DNA of 64,000 bases from NCBI RefSeq assembly GCF_031769215.1, contig NW_026782390.1, forward strand, positions 248,001 to 312,000, given 5' to 3'. The position numbers and the translations under genes were made by a program. Of this stretch, positions 13,141-26,389 are shown in pieces. Every line of letters starts with the position of its first letter. Within the stretch, counting starts at the first letter, position 1. The DNA is from Ylistrum balloti (lineage: Eukaryota). The notes beneath the pieces are model-generated. The model was not told the origin of the DNA, searched no databases, and was given only the letters and a program-made list of their open reading frames with translations.

Positions 13141-13828
13141 AGGAATATCTGTGGTATTTTCCCTTTTTTCCCATTTTGCCCTAGTTTTATTTAATATGAG
13201 TTTTTGTTAAGCTTATGTTGACATGTTTACTTGTGCTATATAGTTATAACCTGTGTTGAATTTGACTTTATTATTTGTTTTTCCCTTTTTGGATACTTTC
13301 ACACTTTAAGGATGATAGCTATGTGGGAAGGGAAACGACTCCATTTTGTTTATCGCTTCATATTTACGAACGTAAAGAATGCCACTTAATTAATTTTGAA
13401 ATATGTTTCATTGTACAAACGAGAACGCAACAAATTTTCTAGTTTCACTTGTTCCTACAATTTTTGATTTAATTATCAAATTTTATTAAGCCATCTTTTA
13501 GATGAATGACAAGTGCAGCTTGAACATAAGCATGCACTTGCTTATTCTCATAATTCTGTTACGAACGTGGATTCAAATTAAGGTCAAGTGACGGCGTCTA
13601 TATTTGATTTGAATATTTATATCCTTAAGTGCTGAAACATATTATTACTAACATGTTGAATTCTTAAATTGCTTTCGAGTAATATTGATATTTCATTATT
13701 TATGATTCAATTCAGATTTGAATGCTTTGCTGACTCTTCTTTGCAGGATATGATATGTTATACAGCTTATCTACAATATTTATAATGGCCACGTAGACCT
13801 CTTTCAACACAGTGTCTTTATTTCATAG

Positions 13829-14040
13829 AACTGTAATGTAAAATCATTCATGTTGGTATATTCTTTCCTTTTTCGTTGATTTAGTGGATACTCTTAATCC
13901 ATGAATTAATGTGTTAAAGAACTGTTAACATCTTTATAAATATATTTATAACGCACTATTTATCCACGAAATTAAGTGATCACGAAATACTAATTAAAAA
14001 AACCCGCGAAAATTAAGCAGCACGAAAATATATGGGTATA
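13829..14040. mobile_element. Probable degenerate MITE (non-autonomous DNA transposon)
   Basis: Clusters of (T)TCGT(T)GA near the left end and CCACGAAA/CGCGAAAA near the right end suggest imperfect TIRs; boundaries approximate. Confidence 0.35.
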
Positions 14041-14574
14041 AATTTGTCATTGACATATTGTCACCATTACATGGACTTAATATACGCGATGACAGCTTTA
14101 ATAATATAGTTAGGGAAAAAAACCTTTTTAATGTTTTCCTTTTTGATAAGGTACTTTTGCCTATGAGATGAGTCACATACATTATCCATCATCCCTTCGT
14201 GTTTAGAGATGCTATCCACATGTGAGTTGTGTGAGTTGCATAATCTTCAATTCATGTCAAAGGCAATGTATTAATTCTTCGAAACAAGGATACAATATTG
14301 CATTACACAGAATGGATATCTGATTGCAAAACCAAGCGATGAAGACGTCCGGGCAGTGTGTTAATGAGGCGAAATCAACACTACCCTCCAGCATCTAGCC
14401 TAGTTCTCAAAGCAAGTCGATAGTGTTATTCGATAATGTCTGTAGGGGTTATTAACTAAAATTTAAAATGCTGTCAACGTTTGTGTTTTCGTTCGTGTTA
14501 CTTTACGATCAATTGATATAATTGGCAAAGTAACATGATAGAAAAATAAATACACAATTAGCGATGCACCAAAA

Positions 14575-14900
14575 TACACGTGGCCCATGGGTCTTAATGA
14601 TCACCTAAATGTAAAGACCTATAAGAGATATGATAGAAAAATTGGTAATTGGAACACTCATTGATTGATTAAAACAGTTTTCAGCTTTAGTAGTAATAGT
14701 AAGAAAAACAACACTTTCTTCATCTGAGTGCTTAGAATTTGTCTTTCAATATGTCGACCATATTATTTCTGTCTGTTCCAAAATACAGCACAGATGGCCA
14801 GAACCATCTCCCACTTGTAAAGCACTAGATGACAGACGAAATTCGATGACTGATGACTATGTGTCATCCTTACATTTTGAGTTCGATGATCTAGAAATTG
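14575..14900 (+). mobile_element. Short HINE-like (Helentron-associated) non-autonomous repeat, degenerate
   Basis: Starts with GTGGCCCATGGGTCTTAATGATCACCT and ends after a GACAGACG microsatellite remnant, the terminal modules typical of bivalve HINEs. Confidence 0.4.
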
Positions 14901-15611
14901 ATAAAGATTCAAGGACTTTAACTGTCACCGGAGTTCTATACAGACTGTCATTTTTAGTGCTTTGAGATGGCATAGAAATTCTCTGACGTAAATTATCTAT
15001 AGCAATAAATTGCGACATATGGGATTTCTACTTTCGTTTCTGTATTAGTCTTTCTTTCTGCGCTTTATTTCCTTTTCTTCCCCTTCCGATGGCACCTGTC
15101 TTCACAGTACACTGGCTGCTAACTTATCCATTTAAACAACCTCTCATCAACCAAACCAAAGGGTCACGATATTGATGGGTTACCAAGTTTATTCAAATGA
15201 ATACCTTGACAAACTATAAAATGCCACGGCCTATCGTTTGGCCTAAAGATGAGTGCTGAAGGAGGAAAACTTTTGACTCTGTTCCCTGGCGAAATATACA
15301 TATAATGTAATAGTCATTTCATAACGCTCATCCTTGTGGTAGTGTAAGAACTGGTTTGCTCTTTTCCAGAATTTGACCGGGTGTTGTGTTCTGCTGTGGG
15401 TATTTGACAGTATACTTAAGAGTAATAGCACTATGAAGTTGTCTTCAGTTCCGCACCATTACAAGGCTTAAGCGAATAAATCGCACGCAACACATGCATT
15501 CACTTCTATACATCGGTAGGCCGTAATTAAAAGAACCTGTCTGTTGATAAGACATTAAGTTACATCAACCTAACCTACAAGGTTTACAAGAACACATTGC
15601 AGGTCCAGATT

Positions 15612-16300
15612 TTTTTCAAGAGGCATATACGGTCTATATCGGCCACTTGGTTTAGTTCGTCGACATTGCTTCATCTTAGCTAAAGGAAAATTATTTCAGA
15701 GATTCATATATATTCCCATCTATAAGACTCCATCCCTCTGTCGCAAGGGGGTCAGATATACTGTTTTTAAGAGAATGAGTGCCTTTCTCTCATTCCTTTG
15801 CCCTCTTAACTCCGAAGGTGAAATCTCCTGTTTCTTCAAAACTGACTCTCGTTCACCTATGTTAGCTTAAACATATTTGGCGTATTTCCCTCATCCTTTC
15901 AACCCGAGAGCACATATCCAAGATTTGTTGAAAAACTGATTCTCCTTCATCACTTGGGCATGCTTTAGACCTAATTGGGACAGGGTTCTCTGGTACCTCT
16001 GCAACAATCCGCCTCTATCGCTCCAGGGGGCACCGTTCATACAAATTTTTTCTTCTTCCACGAAGGATGCAATCAGGTCAAATTGAGTAGAATCTTACAG
16101 AAAGAGATGAATTTTAAAATATTTGCTTTAGTTCCCCTATTGGGCCCGGCCTTCTCGTCTGTGGGAGCGGAGACCCACCATTTGTACACATCACTAAAGG
16201 TTACACCAGACCAAATTGGAACAGAACACAATACTGTCTTTCCTGCAGAAAGAAGCAGGAATAAAAACAAATGCTAAAATTGTGATAAGATGTCTTGCCC
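15612..16300 (+). mobile_element. HINE-like repeat with degenerate internal satellite monomers
   Basis: 5' module CAAGAGGCATATACGGTCTATATCGGCCACTTG; internal recurrences of (C)CAAATT(T)G, TACAAA(T/C)TT and CCCC motifs shared with 17167-18100. Confidence 0.4.
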
Positions 16301-17166
16301 TTCGCATATAGAGTTTGTGAAAACAAAGAGGCTATGTAATATTATATATTGTTACACATGCATAACAAATACACCTAGCAATAGCCTCGAATGCATGTGT
16401 CAACGAATGAAAGGAGCAATTAATAACCGTTTTTCATTTCACCTCGTTGCTGAAATACGGTAACCTGGATACTATATTATGACGTCACTACACCCCTAAA
16501 TTATACCGACAATGAGCAGTAAAAGCTGTCACCTGAAACATTAGTTTGCAATAGATATTTTCTAATCACCATATATAATGGCAAATTTCATACGCAATTA
16601 GAATGACAACTACGTGCACAGCGTGTCTATATATGTAACTGGCATCTCATCTAACAATCTAAGAAACAAAATAGTTTATTGTACAGAAGCGGGTATTATA
16701 TTTGACAGCTCACAGAGTTTTGAATACAAGACATCACAAAAAGATGACTTTGAAATGAAAGTAAATCAATTTGTTATGCATATTAGTGAAGATTTAACTC
16801 CTGTATTGTAAAGATTACTATTTTGTGAAGTTTTGTTACCATGGTATACAAACATGATTACTTGTATTCAACTCTTTTTGAGATTTTTTTGTAAAGAATT
16901 GTTTGACAAGACTACTGCGGGGCACACCAATATACATCAGTCATACACCTCAACGAAATATTTTTTAACGGAATTCCTAAAACTGTAACATGAGATGTCC
17001 AATAAAAATCTATTAGCAAGAAGCATCATCTTATTATGATTTAGTACCCTTAATTGATATAGATGAGTCGAAAATGAAAAGCTGAAAAACACTATCATAC
17101 TATTGTAATGTACTGCGGGAAAGAGAACGCTATTTCATTTCACATCGAATCCCAAAGACATAAATG

Positions 17167-18100
17167 AACAAAAGGCCCGCATGGTCTGAATCGTTTACCA
17201 ACGTTTGACTATTTCAGCTGAAATTCAATCCAACCTGCACGAAAAGTAAGCTTGAATTTTTCTATATATTTCTCTGTTTCCCCCATCCCATTGTCCCAGA
17301 GGTCGGGTCAACAAACTGATATCAAGGCATTCCTACAGAAGAATGCTAATTTCTTCTCATATTTGGTACCAATGTCAGGCGTGGAGACCCGCCGTTGATA
17401 CAAAATTGATATCCCTTCACCCTAAGGTATTTGATACCAAATATGGAAAGAATCATGACATTCTTACAGAGGAAGAATTTTTTTGAAGAATTGTTTCCAT
17501 TAACCCTATGAGGACCCCACCCCTTTTGCCCCAAACCCACCGTTTATACAAACTTGAGCCCTCTAAAGCCAAAGATACTTCAGACCAAATTGGAATAGAA
17601 ATAGAAGAATGATTTAAAGAATTCGTTAATTTCTTCTTTTTGGCTTTGCCTCTCTTGCCCAATTGGGCTGTGATATAGGGCGGTTGCAGACAATGTCGGG
17701 TAATAACTCAGGCATTCCTTTTACAAGACGGATTAAAGGACTTTCCTCGACTTGGCTCCATCCGAATGCAAAGATTCACTCCTTATTACGAAGAATTGGT
17801 TTCTTTCCATCTAAGAATGCTCCAAGCCATAATGAGACAGAATCAAGGCATTCTCATAGAATAAGGATATATCTTAAAACAAGAATTCGATCGATTTTAT
17901 ATGTTTTTGCCCAGCAAAAAGCCTTAAGGCCGTTATGGTTTTAGTCAGCCTCACGATTTATACCAAATCGAGTCTGCTTCCCCAAAGGATGTTTCTGATC
18001 AATTTGTTGGATGTCCGATTAGTCTTTCATGAGTAGTTGTATTTCAAACGAATTGTTGACAGACGACGGGCGCCACGATACGGTGAAAAACCTACATATT
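17167..18100 (+). mobile_element. HINE-like repeat with several degenerate ~160-170 bp satellite-type monomers
   Basis: Start AACAAAAGGCCCGCATGG; repeated ACAAA(C/A)TTGA..CC....CC.AAGG(A)T...T...ACCAAAT motif (near 17400, 17550, 17965); terminal GACAGACGACGGGCG microsatellite remnant near 18057. Confidence 0.55.
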
Positions 18101-21100
18101 TAAGAGGAAAGATCGATTGAATCTCGAGAAATGATAAGTTTACCATGATGAACAACGCCATACCGTGAAACTTAACATCAATTACAGGCCATGTAAATAC
18201 TAGAGAAAGAAGATACATGCCTCTTGTCATGTCATCGGATACTGATACTGAGATTGGGCCCTCTTGCAGGTCGGATAGAAGGAGTTCTAAAAACATTAAA
18301 GAGACCAAACTAGATATGTTGCTTCACTTGTAACACTGTCCAAAGTAAAGTGCCTTCCTATTTCAAAAGTCAGATGTTGGTCAACTTTATCTTGTTTCAG
18401 GATATATTTATTAAACATGAAGTTTGGAGATATTTCTATAATTGTATATGTTTACCCTGGAACCAAAAGCATCGAAAATGAGGGATTCATCAAAGCAAGT
18501 ACACTTCTTAAATGCTGACCTGATGATTGTGAAAGGTTCGAAAAGTTCAGGTAATTGTATAATGTTCTGAAGTAATGCTCGGTGAAACCTACAATGTTAA
18601 ATTGTTCCTTTCTGCACCAAACGGTAAAGATGAAAACCTAAAATGATAACTTATCGATGCCAAAAGCCATTATTGGAAGGACTATCTTAAGAAGTGCAAT
18701 GGTTTCGTGTGCAGTTTTATTGTTGTGATCAAGCCAATATGGAAGAACGCCATGTCCAGTGACGAATTGGTATTCATAGGAGGCATCAGTATGTCTGTAC
18801 TTAGGCTTACAGTAGACATGAACTCTCAGCTATGTATTTTAATATGAAACAAATTCATACTGTGCGTGACACTTTTCCATTATCTATCAATACCATTCAC
18901 TGTGTATTAAAGTGTTATATGTTTCCAATGATATGGTTTCATTACTATATAAATTATAATTATACACCCAATAGGGCTTGTAGTCTTATTCTCACGATCA
19001 ATTAATTAATGATTATCTTTTATTGAATCATTTTGGTAAATTTCTTGCTGAAAATATGAATGATGTTCATGATCGTTTTCTATACTGCCCTTATTTCGCT
19101 AGCTATTTTATATGACATGTCGTGCCAGATGGAAACAGGATATCATCAGCAATCATCTATCTCCTCTGGTGAAAATTACTGCTTCATTAAGAGAAAGAGC
19201 CTATAGCAAGATGAAGTGATCGATATTTGCTAAACATTAGATTTTATAACATTAATTTCACCTAATCAAAATCGAATTAAAGTAGTCATATTAGGGAAAA
19301 CATGGTCATTTCGCAAGATAAGTACGTGATTATTACCAGTATTATATCCATCAAGGAAAAGGTCACCAGACCTTACAGACGAGGTATAAAAGCTTTACTT
19401 CCTCGGGTGTCAAAGCCATGGCAACTGTTACGAAAAATGGACATGTTTTCCATAGATACTTTGTCACCCTTGAAACTTCTTGATGCAAATGATCTTAACA
19501 GTCGTCACTGCAATATATACAAGAATAGCGTGAAACAACAAACTATGGTAAACAAATTTTAAACGTCAATTAAAGTGTTCCATATAACGAAAAAAGAACA
19601 TGGCAGGGTTTAAGATGAAAAATAAAAACAATAATCAATATAAGAAAGATATGAATAAATGTTTCAAGAAATACTTTTGGTACTAAGTAAAAATGATTGG
19701 GATGTCAAATAATTTATCAGGTAAAAATATCGCTGATCTAATTATATAAGTATCATTTAACGACCTTAAACCTTTAGACAGTTATGATATGGAGAAGTAC
19801 GATGATATTATAATATGTAAATGAAAATATGCCAAAATTTAGATAAAATAAAAGAAGCTTGGCTATATAAAATCTGTACTGAGTGACACTTTTAGCACTT
19901 TTTGGATAAACCAAAACATGTGTAAAATGACTAAATCACTATTGTACACGTACTTAAAACACGTTTTTGTGAAAAAAATTAAACCTGTTTCAAATAAGGA
20001 TAACCTTGAACCATACCGAATTAAAATCAATTGCAAAGAAAGTATAACATTTAGAATGTCGAGCATTAAATGATCAAACCTATGCATTTTACAATGATTA
20101 TGTCTATATTCAATATTGTACTTGCTATGCCTTACCTTTTTATTTCTCTTTGTTTGAAACTGAATTCATATCTTATTAATATATACAGTGGGATACCGTT
20201 AATTTTAATCATGGATATGGTACAATGCATTTAATGTTTGTCGTTGTATCATTACTTAATTAATCTGTCTGCAATTAATATTGTTTTGTGATATTAACCT
20301 TTTCTCTGGCCAGAGAGAAATGTATCATTTGAATTTGACATTATAAAAGTCATTCTTGGTTGGGCAGTGTAATTGTTTACATTTTCTTGTCTTCGCATCG
20401 GCTAATCGTTTGTAGAGTAAGAAAAGAAACCAGGCTGATGCCGGATAGCAATGTTACATTGTGCGTCTCTTTACGATTGGAATTAATAAACAGTTGGTGT
20501 AGTAAAGTTACTTCGATGAGGGTGGTGATGTTAATTGTTTTGGTATTTTAATCTGTGGCCAATACTTATTAGAATGCTAATATATATTAGTAGAATATCA
20601 AAAATTTCACTTTGTGTTCTGAGCCAGGTTCGAGGGCCGTATAGAAGTACTCTTCCTCATATACGTCTGGATATTCTATTCAAAATCGTCTCGGTGTCAG
20701 ATGTTCTCTTTCAGCTGTCATAAAGTGATCTTCGAAGTCTGCATTGCTAATTACCATTATGCATTCAAATATATTATGTAATGAAAACAACACCATATAG
20801 CATTTCGAAGCAAAAAAATATTTAATGAAACAAATTAGATGTTAACGTGGGTGTTGGAGGAGAAATGTGACGTCAGTGATCATATTCTATTCCATAATAT
20901 GTCTAATGTTTTTGTTGGCAAATCACGTTTAACCATTCGGCTAATCAAAAACCGTAGTCAATTATACAATATACAATTCGTTAATTGCATTGAATGTGTG
21001 TCATTTTCAAAAGGGATCTGCTTAGAGAGTTGAATTAATTAATTAAACACTGAATACAAAAAAGGCAAAGGCATAAGGGAATATTACATTTTGTAACAAC

Positions 21101-24100
21101 ATATATATCCTCCTATCTACTTGTATTGCATTTAAAATTTCTGTCTTATCGTTACTTAGAATCTATTGTTATGATATAGATTACTTTGCCTATTCATTTT
21201 CAATTATCTATCACTTTTCAAATTATATTTTTCTAAAGACGTTTTTCGTTATATACTTATAGTAAATGAAGAATTTTAAAGTTATAAGTGGATTTTTTAA
21301 ATAAACACATCTGGTACTAAATGGTAAAAATGTGTTTGACAATAATGTTTTACTTTTTCGATAATTTAAGTTTTCATTATTCGAGCATTAGATAAAACAC
21401 TGCCTTGATATTAGCTCTGTCAAATTAATATATGAACATCCATTTATATGCTTTTACGTGGTCATTGTTTATCTGTTTATATATTTCCAAGACATTGTTA
21501 TCAGCAGCATTGTACTGGATTCTGACATGGATGTAGATATCCCAGGATGACACGAACATAATCAATTTTTATCACAAAATTAATGTGCAGACACTAAAGT
21601 TAGACCTTTCAATTGTATTTTAGAGTTCATAGATGCACATAGAGATTGACAGTGAAAATCTTTGACAGTGACAGTGTAACACTTGTTAAATTCAAGTTAT
21701 GAATGAGTCTGGGTCAATTATATAGATATTAGTTAAAACGAAATAAATAAAGACCATATGGTGATAACATCAAGGTCTTCTCAAAAGTAGCTTGGTCAGT
21801 TCTCCACGCCATAAATTAAGTGACGAGACTTCTAAAGTAGACATATCTACAAATGTTCAGAGCACTCGAGAAAGCAACATATTTCCACACATTTTATAGC
21901 TCCGTTCACTAGAATCAGAACATGTGGCCTTAATTATCGTCAACATCACTACATCGAATCATTTTATATCCGTTGAATCTTGTTACAGTAAACACAAGCA
22001 ATATTCAGACCATAAAAAAAGTTTTGTTTTGCACATGTGCATTACAGAATTTTGTATTATAGGAGTCCCCTTTGCCATAGGAACCGTCACCTATTCATAC
22101 ATTAATTTATGTTGGGATAATTTGACATTTTATGAATTATAAAGCATAAAATATTTTCATCTTAAAATACAAAGATATGAACGTTGCTGGAAAGCCTTTA
22201 AAATGAATAATAAAACAATAATAAGAAGGCTGTAAATGAGAATAAGTTTTATCTGCTTACACTAGGTTACTGAAGCCTCAATGGGATTTAATTACAATAA
22301 CAATTGTTGGCAATTTTGACATCCTACCTGATCTACTGATTTATCCAGGCACAGGTGACACAGGTGAAGCGTAAGGTAATGAAGTATCAATGTCGAGAAA
22401 TGAAATGAATTCACATTCCTCAATCACTGCAACCATGTTTCTTCTGAAATAAACGACGCGGACGTAATTCTGTCTTGCGAAAATGTCAATTTTTTTTTTT
22501 AAAATCTTAGTATCGATCTCTACCAAATGGGGAAAGTATGTGAAAAGCTAGACCACACACTTGTATATTTCTAACGAATCAGAAAGCAGAAGTTTATTGT
22601 GTATATGTTACCCTTCTCCGGCACTTTTTTCTGCATATCGTTACTAGTCTTGAATAGCTGAGCGGATTTGGACACAATCGTGTGGGTTCAAAACAATTCC
22701 CCCGAACATTAAGTAAAGTTCTTGAAAATCAAAAGGACGATTAATTCGGTCTGAATCATCCTTGTGTGAAGGAAATTAAATTCAATGTAAACAGTGTGCC
22801 TCGACCTAAACTGGGAGAATAAAGCAAATCCTTTTGAAATTTTCTCCTATAGAAATGTCTGTGTGCATGGGCCTAATGAATACTCGGGTGAAGGGGGATC
22901 AGTTGTGTATTAACAAGCGACCTAACTGGATTGGGTCCCGTACAGGAAGGGCAATAGAACAATGTCTTCTGCAGGAATATTAAAACCCGATGAGAATAAT
23001 AGATATGAATCTTTAAAATACTTCTCCTTTTGTTTAGATGATTGATTTCAGCGAACTTAACGACATGAGGGATACGGGATTAATGGGTATTTTGTTTCAA
23101 TTTAAATGATTTTACGTTGGATATAACACATCATGAAATGAAATAACTTCTACATATTTTCACTTTTTCAGCAGATCGAACATTTGATTGATTAAATCCA
23201 CCACAGTGAAATTATTTGTCGTTTGTGTCCACAGTATGTACAACCCTTCATTTATTTCGGTAACACACCAATTTAGGTCCATGGAACAAGCACTGTAATA
23301 GACAAGCTAACTTTTCTTGTATCCATGGGCGTCAAACAGGGACCAAATAGCAATATTTGTAAAGGAATGGACACTCGAGTCAAAGGCCGATCAAATGTGG
23401 TAACATTGAGACAAAAGCTTGAAAACTAGAAAGGTACGGCAATGGAATACTCAAAGTATAGCTGTCTTCATTAATCGTACAACAGTGACAGCATACTAGA
23501 ACTGGTCTCTTAAACATGTTCACTAATAACAATAAAAAAAATCTCTCAACAACGAATGTGTCTGCTTTCCTTTTCTTGAATACAATCGTATCGGTGTGTT
23601 CAAGAAAAAAATCCCATGAAACCACTTCTGATAAGCCTTGGATTATTCGTAGTTGCATTCCCTATCAGCTACAACGGCTTAGATTAACTAGTACTTTTGA
23701 CAGCTTTATAACTTTGATATCTTTGAAGGTCATTGTGGTTTTGCTCGCTGACCTCTAAAGATGTTGCGAATACATGCCATTAAAGGTTATTCAAAAGGTA
23801 ATTTTGTATAGCAGCTGGCCCCTTTATCTTCAAATCTCACATTTTATAACTAATATTGAGCACATAGTGTATATAATTGTAAAATTTATCGTGTCAAAAT
23901 TGAATTTTAAGATAAAATATATTAGAAACATGTCAAACACTTGACGTACATCGGAAAAATCTTTAGCATCTTTAATTAGACGTGCCAGAGAAAGCTAAGG
24001 CAAGAAAAGAGACATGTTTGCTAAAACGACGTTAAAAACGGGGTAATTATTTATTCTGGAACTACCTATGACTACCTATGCACTTATGTTGTTCTATATT

Positions 24101-24412
24101 TCTTCCTTTCATCTGTTTTTTGTCGTTAAATGTGTATAGGTATCGTACAGGTAGGCTAAGTTAGGCTAGATGCAGGTGCGCGTCACTTATGCGTATTGTT
24201 TCCATTTCATGAGCACGAAATCATGTAGGGTATTTTGTTTGTATTAAATTGAATCTGTAATAGTAACATAGCAATAGTAAATTGAATTAAATGTAACTAG
24301 TAATATGTGAAGTTGTTGGAATAAAAGACAAATACAGTTAGCTTGAGCTAACATGTGCTTGGTAGACTATAATATTTTCTCATGGAATAGTGTTTTGCCA
24401 GCGTAAGGCAAT

Positions 24413-25653
24413 TGTAACGTAGGACGAGCGGCGAGAAGCTATCAGGAAAATGAAACACAATACCATTATAAAGATTAACAATTTATTTACAACATGAACG
24501 TAAACAAAGCACACTCACACATTCCCTCAGATTCACACAAAAGATTACACTTCAGTATTACACAAAGTCTCTGTTGATCACCCCTCAACGGTCCTTCACA
24601 CCAGGAATGAAAAGTTCAAGAAAACCCCCAAATACTGGATTCAATGGAGACAGAGGATTCCTATCCAGACAACTGACGAACTACTACCGCAGTAGTACTC
24701 TGGCGCTGTGCGTGCCACACAAAATCTCAAGCAGAGGAGAGCTCACAGCTATAGATGCCATATCTGTACCGCTATGCTCCTCGGAACGTGTACCCCAATG
24801 CCAAACCTGTAGTTCCCGTGATTGGCTGACCTTACTGTCTGCTAAGGCCCTGGTGCCGACTCTCACTGATAAAACCGTCGTGGCCTTGATGAGGTAGCTG
24901 GTGTCGTTGTGACCGGTGGGAAAAGCTTAAAAGAATAGTAACGAAGATTGACTCGCATACAACACTTGCACATTATTATGACACAATCAACTACTATTAT
25001 AAATGAAATTATCCCCAGAAATACTCATAAATTACACAGTACATGATACATTTCGAAGAGTTATAAAGGTAATAACATAATGAACGACTAATGCAGGCTC
25101 AGAATAACATAACGACCATCTAGCAAACAATGTATGAGACATTATACGGCAACTCACGGCTTCCATACTTTTTTCAAACACGCATACGTTTTCACCTGAG
25201 TATTCTATACGCTTATAAAATACATATAACTTATAATAACTGGAAGAAGTTATAGAAACAGCTGCAATAATAACATTCCTAGCAAATACTAAGATACAAT
25301 CTAAGAAAGGACACCCTAGTGTAGCCTTATACATAAAAACAACAATGCTACGCATGACTGAGCCGCACAAACAACGAGTGTTTATCAAAGATATTTATTA
25401 AGAAAAAGGCTAAGAAAGCAATAATGCGAAGAAAGAGATATTAAGATAGACTTACCACAGTCTGCAATCTGTGCCTGTATATTTTCCTTGTAGTGGTTAC
25501 ATCGGGTAAATAACCCGTAAACAACCCCTGCGGAATTCACGCGACCTCCATGAACTCCCACTCACCTGGTCACACGCACAAGTACGGTCGCTCGACAGGG
25601 ATAACGAAAATACCGAACGTAGACAACAACATATACATACATACGACGTGACA
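24413..25653 (-). repeat. 3' LTR (1241 bp)
   Basis: Direct repeat of 30422-31662 at offset 6009; 8 substitutions and no indels found by manual comparison (~99.4% identity). Confidence 0.98.
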
Positions 25654-25668
25654 AATATCCCCCCGTTT
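25654..25668 (-). other. Polypurine tract
   Basis: Minus strand AAACGGGGGGATATT directly precedes the 3' LTR start TGTCACG. Confidence 0.75.
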
Positions 25669-25716
25669 CGGAAAAAAGTGTTACACATTTTCTAAACACT
25701 TCGGAGTATGGATGGT

Positions 25717-26389
25717 TCAAAATCGGCTGAGGTAATCAGCACCAACATTGTTCACACCCTTTATCGCTCGGATACGGAATCTGTAGGGCTGAAGTAACAG
25801 CGCCCAACGCATTAATCTGGCGTTTGCTGTCCTGGATCTGTTGACATAAGTGAGTGGCTGATGGTCGGTTTCCAGTACAAACTCTCTTCCATACAAGTAT
25901 GGCTCAAATTTTTGGATCCCCCAGACTATTGCCAAACATTCCCTTTCCACTATGGCATAATTCCGTTCTCTAGGTAGGAGTTTCCTGCTCGCATAGGCAA
26001 CTGGCAACTTCTGATCTCCGTCCTCTTGCAGGAGAACAGCACCTAAACCAGTGTCGGAAGCATCCGTTCGAAGGATGAAGTCTTCTTCCATATCAGCGAG
26101 CTTCAGAACGGGTCCTGCTGTCAGCAACTTCTTCAAAGTATTGAATGCGATGTCATGACTTTCCTTCCACACGACTTTGTTGGGGTTACCCTTCTTAGTC
26201 AGGTCTGTCAAGGGAACGCTGATGGCGGCGAAGTTAGGAATAAACTTTCGATAAAATCCAGCCAATCCCAAGAACGATCGCACCTGCTTCTTGCTGGTTG
26301 GTGTAGGCGCTTCCGCAATTGCTTTCACTTTCGCCTGCTCCAGTTCTAGTCGTCCTAATCCGACCACATGCCCTAGACACGGTAAGCTT
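25717..26389 (-). CDS. pol: pol 3' part: RT thumb/connection and RNase H, out of frame with the main ORF
   Basis: SSLPCLGHVVG...VRSFLGLAGFYRKFIPNFA...FILRTDASDTGLGAVLLQ...ERECLAIVW...ETDHQPL...NVGADYLSR. Confidence 0.93.

Noticed and set aside
22656-22700. A-box-like TAGCTGAGCGG with GGTTCAAAAC
   Set aside because: B box is degenerate and spacing is short; at best a decayed SINE head.
24574-25388. 107-aa and 118-aa ORFs in the LTR (duplicated at 30583-31397)
   Set aside because: No recognisable domain; their duplication simply reflects LTR identity.
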